NCBI GenBank assembly: GCA_001643675.2
Contig: LSRY02000002.1
Span: forward strand, 2,232,001-2,296,000
DNA: 64,000 bases
From: Monocercomonoides exilis PA203
Lineage: Eukaryota; Protista; Preaxostyla
Direction: 5' to 3'
Below the pieces are notes generated by a model. The model was not told the origin of the DNA. It saw only the letters and a program-made list of their open reading frames with translations, and did no database searches. Shown here in pieces: positions 33,158-43,300 of the stretch; the stretch's first letter is position 1; every line of letters begins with the position of its first letter. A program made the position numbers and the translations under genes.

Positions 33158-36100
33158 TCAGGAAGTGGTCTGAAGACACATGCTTATTCTTTGCCTTAAA
33201 TTCTCTTCTCTCGTATCAAGCGCCATAGAAATCAGACCCCTACCGCGAGGTGTGTAGTTCTGAGACGATAAAGTTTGAGGTGTACCAGCACTGAACAGCT
33301 TTGGAGTAACATCAATCCCACAAAAAGGCGAAGAAGAAGGTTGAACAGCAAGGGAAGGTGAAATGAATGGTGTTCTCTGTGAAGAAGATTGAAGTGAATT
33401 GGAACAAGAATGCGAAGCGGAAGTGATTGGTGAAATGAATTGAGAAGGAATTTGAAAGCTTGAAGATTCGTCCGTGTGAAGTGAGGTATTTCTCGATGAA
33501 GGACCATCAGAAGAAAACGAAGGAGGAACGCTTAATTCACTTTTTTCTGGAGTTATTCTTGGATTGTGTAGTAATTTTGCGTCTGAAACTTCCCTTGGAG
33601 TAATCTCATTCGAGAAAGATGAAGCACATGATTGAGCTAAATGCATTGATTCAGGTGTTTCATTAGTTGTTGTTAAATTGCCTTTCTTTTCTTCTGGTAT
33701 CATCAGCTGCGGTGGATGTACAACAATAGGTCGTTGGCTTCTTTTTACAGTCATTGCTTTTCTCATTGCTTGACGATTAGCACTCTGAGGCCTTATCACT
33801 TTTGCTTCTTTTCTCAATGTGTCTTTTCTGCACTGATCATATTCTCTATCTTCAATCTGTTCAAACATTTGACTTTGCACTCTTTCCCTGCTTATTCTCT
33901 GGCTTTCATTCAACATTCTTTGCTTTTCTGTTCTTGGTGCAACCATCTTTCTCCATTCACTTTCCACCAACGAAACAATTCCCCATATTGTTTGTTGCGT
34001 TCCAGAAACAACTGACTCTGTTAGCGCTCGGAGATCAGAAAAGCAGCTGCTACTTTTCCACGCACCACGCCCTGTTAACCAAGCAAGCGGAGCAGCTAAA
34101 TTCTGTCTGCACTCTTCCAAAACCTTCGGGCGCCTAACAGAACGGAAGATGTTATGTGGCTTTGTTGAATTGAACATGTCCCACTGTGCTTCAGAGAGAA
34201 CAGCAGGAGATGAAGCATTAGCAGAGGAATAACTGCGCAAACGGAATGGAGACATTATTTTTGAAGGTGAAGAAGTTGGACGGCGAGATGCTGAACTAGG
34301 TGAACGAGGAGATAAAGTTAAAGAAGGTGAATTATGCAATAGAGTGGAACGTAATGTTCTTGGAGAAGCAAAAGATGTCAGTCTTGGGCTCATTTCATTT
34401 GAAAGATCGAGTATGTACGCTGACCCTGATCTTGTAGCTGCTTCCTGTAATCCTCTGCTTTCATTCTTCGTTGGATCTTTCCCACTTCTTCCAGAAGCAC
34501 CTTCTTTCCGCTTTTTCAAAAATCCTTCCATCCAAACACATTCACCAACTATCTGATTAATGATGATTCCATTGCTAAATGGATCGTCCAATGGACCCAA
34601 CTGCTCCAATTCAGCAAGCGATGGCAATGAAACTCCTATCACATCTTTCATCCACAATTTCAGCTGGTTTCGTCGATCAGCCGAAATTGAAGGGAAAAAT
34701 TGACTGGGCTTGAAAGTTGCTGCTTGCGGTTGAGTGCTTGAAGGTGGAGTCGAAGATCTGCGAGGTGTTGAACTTCTTGTTGCTGGTTGAAATCCTTGCT
34801 TTTTATTTGAAAGAGAAGGACTTTGCGATCTCCTCGGAGTTTGTATCGAAGAAGGTGGTATGACATTGAACGGTCCGCTGTTCATTGGCATTCTTTGAAG
34901 TAAAGGATTTCCGGGTAATTGAGAATGAAATTGTTGATGATAGGCATGAGGCTTTGTTCGCTGAAAAGCAGAAGAACCGGAAGAAGTTGAGTTTTCATAC
35001 GAAAGTGAAGCTTTATTATCAACTGGCGCAGAAAGAATAGCGCTCGAAGGCATCGTTGTATCAGTTGGCGAAGCGAGGTTGCTTTCTTTTGTTGAATGCA
35101 CAGAAATCTTTGATTTTGTTCGAGTATTTTGCTTTGATGAAACTTTTGTGGGATTTGGACGATTTTGCTGTTCGTGTTGCTCTAACTGGAAAGAAGTGCT
35201 TGAAGGATGTGAAATGGAAGTTGAGGAAGAATTGTGCTTGAGGTGACGTGGTGTTTGTTGAGGAGGAATAATTGGAGGAGACGCAGAAGTGGAAGAAGTA
35301 GCAGCAGAAGAAGAAGTAGATGCTGATGGAGTGATCAGAGGAGAGGCATTTGAGCTGGCAGATTCTGAAATGGGAGAAGTTTTTGTTAAATGAGATGATT
35401 TCACATGCGAATGGGAAAGTGATTTGGATGAAGTGGTTTTGCTTTCAAGAAGTGAATGTATGTGAGGTGAAGGTGAACGTGAAGATGAAGGTGAAGGTGA
35501 ACGTGAAGATGAAGGTGAATGTGTTCCATTTTTCGGCTTTTCTTTTTTCTGCTTTGCTTTCAATCGAGCAGTAAGTTCTGCAGATTCTGAACGAGGTTTC
35601 TTCTGTTTTTGTTGTTGGTGTGCCTCGTCTCTTTCTTCTGACTGTCGTTTTTTGACAGATTTATCTCTTGGCCTGGGCGAGATCGATTGCTGCCTTCTTC
35701 GGCTTTTTCGCTCACGATAAGGCGAATTTCGTGGGATAAATGGAGTTTTGAGTATTTGATGCTGCAGAGAAGAAAGAAGCGGACTAGTCTTTGAAGTGAC
35801 TTCTTTTTGATTTGATTGCTCGGTTTCGATGAGATCAGAAGATCCGTGAGCCGATGCCAATACTCCTTCAGAAGCTTCATCGTTATGCGGCAACTTCGAT
35901 GCTGATGGAATTTCTTGTATCTCCAATGAAGATTCTGTTTCATTAAGGAAAGATTCATTTACTAACATTTGATCACCAGAAGATTTTATTGAGGATTGCC
36001 TAAAATCATTTGTATTTGTGTTTCTCTGTTTAAAATCGATATTTGTATCGCCTGCGATTATCGAATCTGCAAATCGAACTTTTCTTGACCTTTTTTCTGT

Positions 36101-37051
36101 AACTCCTTTTCTTTCTTCCGCATTTTGAAGTTTCCTCATTTCTTTACCTGTTTCATTCACACTTTTGTCATATCTTGGAGATGATAATTCATTTGATTGC
36201 TCTTTTTTCAATGACTCATCGCTTATGCTGTCAACAACATCAACAAAGTTATCAGAAGAATTTTGCTTTTGATGATTTTTTTGATTGTTTACAGAGGAGT
36301 GTAATTCCTTTTGCGTTGTCTTTTCTTCTGATTCATGAGTTTCTTCAATTTTGTTAGAATCATCAGTTTCATCAACTTCGTCATCAAAATGAAGTTGTAG
36401 TAGTTTATCAAGTAATCTGGTAGCCTTTTCATTAAACTGTTCGACATTTTCATCAGTATATTCCCAATTAGCACGATCAGTTTTATTTTGTTTGGAGAGT
36501 GTTTCGCTCTTTTCTCTCTTTGGTGATCTTTTTCTATTTTTTCGATGTGAATTTTTTCGCAAACTTTTTTTGAGAGGTGTTGATTTTGCAATTATGCCCG
36601 AAATTTCTGCGGAATCTGTCCATTCTGTCGATTCAGCTGAAGGAAATTGATCCAATGATATATATGTTGATATTGTTTGGTCAGGAGCAACGATATCGGT
36701 AGACACTTCTAATTGACGTTCACTTATCGGCAGAGAAGAGGTCGAATCCATTTCTCTTGTTAACTCTGGGGTTGATGGAGAATTTTGAATTTGTGTTTCT
36801 TGCTCAATTGTTTGAATAGTTGAATTAGAACTTTCCGTTTGCGAAAGCATTAAAGACATGGTTGTGGAAAATGCTTGAGGAATAACAACATCTTGGTTTG
36901 ACGAAGTTTTTTCCTTGTTTTTAGAAAATGCATTTATTACGTCTTCCCATCGACTTTCATCGCTTTCATTTATCTCTTCTTCTGGATCAAAAATGCTTGA
37001 TGGTATTGAATCTATCGATTCAATGAGGATAGTGTCATTTGACGTGTCCAT
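33158..37051 (-). CDS. Large low-complexity protein with a calponin-homology (CH)-like domain
   Basis: ORF 33158..37126; first ATG 37051. CH-like halves NQLKLWMKDVIG...DPFSNGIIINQIV and RPKVLEECRQNLAAPLAWL...ESVVSGTQQTIWGIVSLV; the remainder is Ser/Pro-rich. Confidence 0.7.
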   Translation of the reverse strand: MDTSNDTILIESIDSIPSSIFDPEEEINESDESRWEDVINAFSKNKEKTSSNQDVVIPQAFSTTMSLMLSQTESSNSTIQTIEQETQIQNSPSTPELTREMDSTSSLPISERQLEVSTDIVAPDQTISTYISLDQFPSAESTEWTDSAEISGIIAKSTPLKKSLRKNSHRKNRKRSPKREKSETLSKQNKTDRANWEYTDENVEQFNEKATRLLDKLLQLHFDDEVDETDDSNKIEETHESEEKTTQKELHSSVNNQKNHQKQNSSDNFVDVVDSISDESLKKEQSNELSSPRYDKSVNETGKEMRKLQNAEERKGVTEKRSRKVRFADSIIAGDTNIDFKQRNTNTNDFRQSSIKSSGDQMLVNESFLNETESSLEIQEIPSASKLPHNDEASEGVLASAHGSSDLIETEQSNQKEVTSKTSPLLSSLQHQILKTPFIPRNSPYRERKSRRRQQSISPRPRDKSVKKRQSEERDEAHQQQKQKKPRSESAELTARLKAKQKKEKPKNGTHSPSSSRSPSPSSSRSPSPHIHSLLESKTTSSKSLSHSHVKSSHLTKTSPISESASSNASPLITPSASTSSSAATSSTSASPPIIPPQQTPRHLKHNSSSTSISHPSSTSFQLEQHEQQNRPNPTKVSSKQNTRTKSKISVHSTKESNLASPTDTTMPSSAILSAPVDNKASLSYENSTSSGSSAFQRTKPHAYHQQFHSQLPGNPLLQRMPMNSGPFNVIPPSSIQTPRRSQSPSLSNKKQGFQPATRSSTPRRSSTPPSSTQPQAATFKPSQFFPSISADRRNQLKLWMKDVIGVSLPSLAELEQLGPLDDPFSNGIIINQIVGECVWMEGFLKKRKEGASGRSGKDPTKNESRGLQEAATRSGSAYILDLSNEMSPRLTSFASPRTLRSTLLHNSPSLTLSPRSPSSASRRPTSSPSKIMSPFRLRSYSSANASSPAVLSEAQWDMFNSTKPHNIFRSVRRPKVLEECRQNLAAPLAWLTGRGAWKSSSCFSDLRALTESVVSGTQQTIWGIVSLVESEWRKMVAPRTEKQRMLNESQRISRERVQSQMFEQIEDREYDQCRKDTLRKEAKVIRPQSANRQAMRKAMTVKRSQRPIVVHPPQLMIPEEKKGNLTTTNETPESMHLAQSCASSFSNEITPREVSDAKLLHNPRITPEKSELSVPPSFSSDGPSSRNTSLHTDESSSFQIPSQFISPITSASHSCSNSLQSSSQRTPFISPSLAVQPSSSPFCGIDVTPKLFSAGTPQTLSSQNYTPRGRGLISMALDTREENLRQRISMCLQTTS
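35466..35519. repeat. Short coding tandem repeat (24-nt unit) encoding SPSSSRSP repeats
   Basis: GGTGAAGGTGAACGTGAAGATGAA occurs twice in tandem, followed by GGTGAA. Confidence 0.7.
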
Positions 37052-37109
37052 AAAACAAAAAATAAAATTAAAAATCGATCCATTGATTACATAATAAATC
37101 TTTTTGATT
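37052..37109. promoter_or_regulatory. Very compact bidirectional promoter region (58 bp between divergent ATGs)
   Basis: ATG of the CH-protein gene at 37051 (-) and ATG of U2AF65 at 37110 (+). Confidence 0.5.
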
Positions 37110-39740
37110 ATGCCATCTCGACACAAACGAAGAGGCAGAAGTTATAGCCCTTCATCGTCTTCTTCAACTTCACATTCAAGAAAAAGGCATACAAAGAATA
37201 GCAAGTACAGTACAAGATCTCACTCAAGAAATAAAGAAAAACGGCAAAGGAATTCAAAGAGTGTCAAAACAAAATGGAATGAAGATAACGCAGGAAAAGA
37301 TGAAGAAGCAGATCTTCAATCAAAACACTTACAAAACTTAAAGGATATAGAATCGCAATTTTCTATACTTCCTTCTCAATCGTTTCGCACTTCAAAGAAA
37401 TTATATATCAGTAATTTTCCACCTGGAATAACCCCAAGCGCTCTTTGTGATCTTATAAATGTTGCACTCATTGAAGGGGGATTAGACACATTTCCAAATT
37501 GCCTGGATGTATTTATTCATAATGATAAAACATATGCTTTTGCTGATTTTAGAACTCCAGAGGCTGCAACAAAGGCCATGTCTTTGGATGGTTTTAGCTG
37601 CATGGGGCATCGATTAAACGTTAAACGATCACGTGATTATGCACCTTGTGAAACTCCTCCTGAATTATTGAAATTATTAAGAGATTCTGCAGAAGCTTAC
37701 AAAAAGAAAAATCCTCAAAAGAAGGAAGAGAAGATACAACTGGTTCATTTCGTAACGGGGATACCAATTGAATATAGTAGTGATTCAGAATATCTTATAT
37801 ACGTTGCTGGTTTTCCACAGAATACTTCAGAATCTGTTGTGAAGTCAATTCTGCAATTATTTGGACCTCTTCAGAGCTTTGAATATCCAAGAGATGAAAT
37901 TACAGGAAATACATTGGGATTTGTGCTTTTTGAGCTGGCCAATACCGAACAAACACAGACATGTGTTGATGTGCTGAATGGAATGGTCGCTGGACAGATT
38001 CAGCTTTCGGCTTCTCGAGTGTTTATTGATGTGAAGGTAACTATTTTTTTAAAAGTGTATTTATTCATTGAAATTAACAATTTTTGTTTGATCACATCTT
38101 TCTTATTCTATTGACGCATATTTTTTTATACACAGGAATTTTCTCGTTTTTCTATGAATTTGATGAAGAAAAGAGGAGTAACCTCAAAAGACTCTTCTCT
38201 TGTTGCTCCTTCGACATGGATTGAGATGTCATCACGCAGAACAGCCATGCGCACTGCGTTGTATTCATCTTCTGCATTCGCGACGTCTTCTTCATCATCT
38301 TCATCATCTGACACTTCATCTTTGCAAACTTCTACTGCTGCAGTGTCATTGCCTCCGATATTTCCGACTTCTTCTTCTTCTTTTGCTTTGGCTCAAAAAT
38401 CATCCGATTTGGCTTCGTTTATGTCTTCTTCATCTTCATCTTCGGCTCTTTCTATGATGTTGCCCTCGCCAACAGAGTCTGCACGTCTTCCTGTGATTCT
38501 TTCACCATCACCAGTTCTGCTTATTTTGGGTGCTTACTCTTTTTCATCCCTTCCTCGTTCAGTTTTTGCTAAGTTGAATGCAAAAAGCATCTCTTTGGGC
38601 AGCACAAAAGATGAAGACAAGTCTGATTTTGGAAAAGAAAATAGAAAACAAGCAACAACATCAGCAGCTTCATCATCATCAAAACGTACTGTTCGTTCTC
38701 GCTCATTGTCATCATCATCATCTTCTTCTTCTTCTTCTTCGATGAAAAAGATCAAATCAGATCATCGCCACAAACACCGTTCTTTATCCAAATCATCACG
38801 TTCGTCATCTTCTTCTTCATATTCTTCTCATTCGTCTTCGTATTCTTCATCTCCATCATCTTCTTCTTACTCAAGCTATTCATCATCCTCATCCATATCT
38901 GATTCATCGTCAATTTCTTCCTCATTTTCTTCATATTCCTCCTCTTCCTCTTCTTTCGATGCCAAATCGTCTTCTCGACGAGGACGTCGCCAACATCGTG
39001 GGCGTTCCCCTTCACTCAAGCACCACCATTCAAAAGAAGCAAAGTTGGCAGACAAGCCAAAAGGAGAGGAAAAAGCCAGAACACAATCATCAGCTGCTGA
39101 GTCACACGCCACGTCACATCATCATCAGGAGCATTCTGAGCCGCAGGCTGCTTCTTCGAAGTCTTCGCACAGCAAGCAACATCCAAATGCCAGCAAGTTG
39201 GCAGATCACTCAAAGCAAGGAGATTCTTCAATTTCTTCAGAAGGAGAGCATTCGAATGGTACATCAAAGCCAGAAAAAGAACTTACCAAAACACAAGACG
39301 TTACTACAGAGCAAGAAAAGTCCAGGCAAAAAGAGCGAGAATCGAAGGAATGCGCAAATGTTGAAAATAAAACAAAACATTCAAGTATATCTCCTTCAAA
39401 TGCTCAGCCGATACCTTCTTCTTCATCATCATCATCTTCTTCTTCTTTCGATGATGAGAAAATATTGTCTTTGCTTCCTTGTGATGCAAGAACGTCTTTG
39501 TGTGTTTCGCTTGGTAAATCCTTTGGAAAGGTTGTCTCTTGGCGCAGAGGGTTTGATGAGACTGATGGCATTTTTGCATCGCACAAGGAAAGAAGTTATT
39601 TGGGTCTTTACATTATGTTTGACTCTTCAGAAACAGCTATGTGTGCTATGAAGAAACTAATAGGGAGGAGAATTGGTTGCACCCCTCTTGTGGTGTTGTA
39701 TTATCCTGCTGATTTATATGAAAAGAATATTTTTGTGTGA
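37110..39740 (+). CDS. U2AF2: Splicing factor U2AF large subunit (U2AF65) homolog with Ser-rich insertions
   Basis: Exons 37110-38036 and 38136-39740 (intron 38037-38135, phase 0). RS-like N-terminus, ULM-like KTKWN, RRM1 (KKLYISNFP...YAFADFRTPEAATKAMSLDG...LNVKRSRDY), RRM2 (IYVAGFP...FGPLQSF..RDEITGNTLGF), C-terminal UHM (PSPVLLI ... FGKVVS...LYIMF...AMKKLIGRRI...VVLYYPADLY). Confidence 0.88.
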
Positions 39741-40009
39741 GGATTTCCAAGTTACTTGGCGTTAAAATAAAAAAACTAATTTAAACAAAAATTATTTTAT
39801 CATAGGTTTTCTTCATTTATTAAAATGTATAATTAAAACAAGAGCAAAGTTTGTATTATGAATAAATCAAATTTCGAAACTATACTTCTAGTCGGGGCAT
39901 AATTTTTTCTTTTGTGAAAATTACGTGATTTGTTCCAAACGTTTTCAAATATCTTATCATGATTAGTTATTCATTCTCTTGAAAAGAAATACAAAAAATA
40001 AAAAATAAA

Positions 40010-40011
<2 letters not shown>

Positions 40012-40051
<40 letters not shown>
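40012..40051 (+). repeat. 40-nt poly(A) homopolymer preceded by A5T-type repeats
   Basis: Direct reading of the sequence. Confidence 0.9.
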
Positions 40052-40052
<1 letters not shown>

Positions 40053-40378
40053 AATCTACAAAAAAAATATTCGAAAATATAAAGTGGAACAAAATAAGCA
40101 TTGCAAAAAATAAATTCCAAATGGGGCAAAATTTTTTGCTTTCTGTATTTTGTTCCATTCTCCTCTAACAATAATTTTTCTCAATTTTAAAATTTTTCCG
40201 TATTTTTTTAATATGGAAATGAAAGACTTGTAATAATTTAGTTGGAGAAAAAGTTTGGAACAAATCGTTGTTTTTTTCTTGAACGAAAGAATTTTGTCCC
40301 AAATTTAATGAGCTAACCCACAATAAATATATTAAATAATTGATTCAAATAAAAACTGAAGTTAAAAAAACACAGAGA

Positions 40379-43300
40379 ATGATAGGATGGCCCTCGACTA
40401 TTTTTTGCTTTTCAATAATGATTTGCGAAATATTTCTTGTTGATGCTGTGCCTATTGAAGAAGAATTAGAAGTTTTGCGAAATTCTTTTTTTTCATTACG
40501 TAACGAACGTGTGGAAAAGGATGATTTCAACAAAGTTGCAAAAATCGAGAGTTGTTCTCCTCATCATTTTTTTGAGAAAAAGGAAATGAATGAGCAGACC
40601 TCTTTGCTGTTGAACTTTTTGTCAAAAAATTCATCAACTGAATTTGCAAAGATAACCTTTAGAAGATATCAAAATGGTTGGTTTTTCGAATTGGATACAC
40701 ATTCAAATAGCATTTTTCGAAATGTGAAGTTTCTTCATTTTCAAGACGAAAAAATGCCACTATTTTTTTCCAATGGATATTTGCAAATGATAAATGTAAC
40801 TCTTCGAAGAGATTATCAAAAGCCTCTGGTTAAAACAGATTTTGCAATTGTTCAATGTGCAAACGAAGGAAGTACGTCTATTCGTGATTCAAACTTTCTG
40901 GATTCATTTGTTTCTGCCACTTCGCATTTTCTATGTGATGGATCATTAAATGCTGTGCAAGTGAAAGAATGTTCTTTTAGAAATATAACTTGGGGAATTT
41001 CGAGAGAAAAATGTGTTCAAAAACGCATTGTAGATGGATTGATCCAGGATTGTTCTTTTTCTTTCGTTTCAAATGGAATTGATGGAGTGCTTTTTCCAAC
41101 TCAAGGAATCAGATCGATGAAAGTTTCGAACTCAACTTTTTCGAAATGCAATGGAAATTGCCCAATCGGAAGAATGACTTATTCAACAGGATTAATTGAG
41201 GTTTTTGATTGCCCACTTATTTCTGTGAACTCTTCTTCTGAACTATTTGGAGGAGCTTTATACATTTCTGGTGATGCCAAGTTGTCTGTGATGCGATGTT
41301 TTTTCAAAAGTTGCCAAGTTGGAGCTTCGAACAACAGTGGCTACGGGGAAGGAGGAGCTCTCAATATTAACTCAACAATTCTTTCATCTGTTGTTGATTC
41401 GAACTTTTCAAATTGCGTTAGTGGGTACACTGGCGCAGCGTGCTATTCCCAATCAAGCAAATTTCAAGGATGCGTGTTCTGGAATGGATCATCTCAGCAT
41501 TATGGATCTTTGTGCTTCCAACCTTCAATTGAAGGAGCTGATTTAATTGAGTGCAAATGCTTGAATGGGAACGCTTTGAGACATGGAGGAGCAATATCAT
41601 TCTCACCTCGATTATCCACATCATTTTTTGTTACGAATTGCTTGTTTAAAGGAAATAATGGAGGCCCAGAATGCGGAACTGCTTATTGTTGGGGAAGCAA
41701 TTATACTTCGGAAATTTTTTGGATATTTTGTTTTTTGGAAGACAATTATGCACTTGATAGCAAAAATGGGATTAAGTATTATGGATCTTATATGGGTAAT
41801 GTTCAACAGAGTGATTTTGTTGAAACATATTCGTTTAATATTCAAGGTTCTGTTCTTTTTATTGAAAGAAAAGTCTTTGGGGATAAAAGCGAATGGATTC
41901 CATCTCCAACTCAGTACAATGAAACTTTTATTTCTGCAGAATATGGAAATGATGAGTTTGAAATGTGTGGGCATGCATCCAGAGAGTGCAAGACTCTTGG
42001 ACACGCATTTGAGAAGTTAGGCGATGCATTTCGCAAGTCACCAATCTTCGTGAAGCGTGGAGAATATGTGGAAAAAGTTTTAAATGTGGGAACAAAAAGG
42101 ATAAGAATTATTGGAGAGCCGCAATCAAACACTGTAATAAAAATGAATAGCGCTGCATCGGGGAATGATCTGTTTATTGTGGATGGAGGTTTGTTGGATA
42201 TAACTTCTTTCACACTTATTCCGCAAGCAAGTGCATCTTCAATTTCATCAACAGTTTTTTTTGTGATAAAGGGTTATTGTTCTGTGGACCAATGCATTTT
42301 TACTAATCCCCAAACAATTAATGGAGTATTGAATCTGTTTTCAAGTGTGGTGAAAGTTATTGATGGAAAAATGATTTTGAGTGAATGTATTTTGAAAGAC
42401 ATGGAATTTGATGGCTCACCTTGTTTGTCATTTTCGAATACAGCTGATTTTCTTTTTAACTCTTCTTGTTTTCTGAATATCATCAGAAGAAATGGAAATG
42501 GAGGAATAGTGGAAACTGAACTTCAATCTTCGCAAAATCTTTTATTGAACAACATTTCATTTATGGAGTGCCAACTGCTGAATGGAAATGGAGGTGGAGT
42601 GTGTGTGACTTTGAATTCTGACTGCATTTTGAAGATTGGAAGTTTAACTGAAGTGTCGCTTGCTTCGTGTTCAGTTCCGACAGATGCATCATTGAAAGGG
42701 AAAGGAGGAGGATTATTTCTGAAACTGAATCCTGGAAGCGAGAATTTTGAATTAAATAAACTTGTTTTGGGAAATGGCAATAAAGCATGGAAGGGGAAAA
42801 GCATATTCCTGGATGCCGAAAGCTTGAGTGCAGTTGCAGATTATTCACACTTTGTGTCGTGCATTTCGTTGGATAGAAGCAAAGAAGAAGAGATCATGGG
42901 ATTTAACGGTGATCATGAAGGATATGCTGTTCCATTGTTATTCTATTTTCAAAAGTCGTTTGCAGGTCCGGCGTTTGTGGGAGGAACAAACAATTTGGAC
43001 TTCGACCAGTGCGGATATAGTGGCTATCCATGTTCAACACTAGAAAAAGCTGTACAGCTGAGATTCGAAGGATCCCCAAGGGAGATTGTTGTGAACGAAG
43101 GATTTGAGTGGAAGGAAGTGGTCGAAATGAAGAGTTATGAATGGAGGGTGAGAACCATGGTGAAGGGACGAAACGTGAAAGTTTTGCCTGCAAGAGATGC
43201 AACTGAAAGAGGAATGGTTATTGTTAGCAAAAGGTCCAGTATAACAAATATTTCTTTTGCCCTTTGTTCAGCTTTATCAGAAACTTCTCACACTTTCATT

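Noticed and set aside
39967-40171. Poly-Phe ORFs on the minus strand
   Set aside because: Translation of the poly(A) tract.
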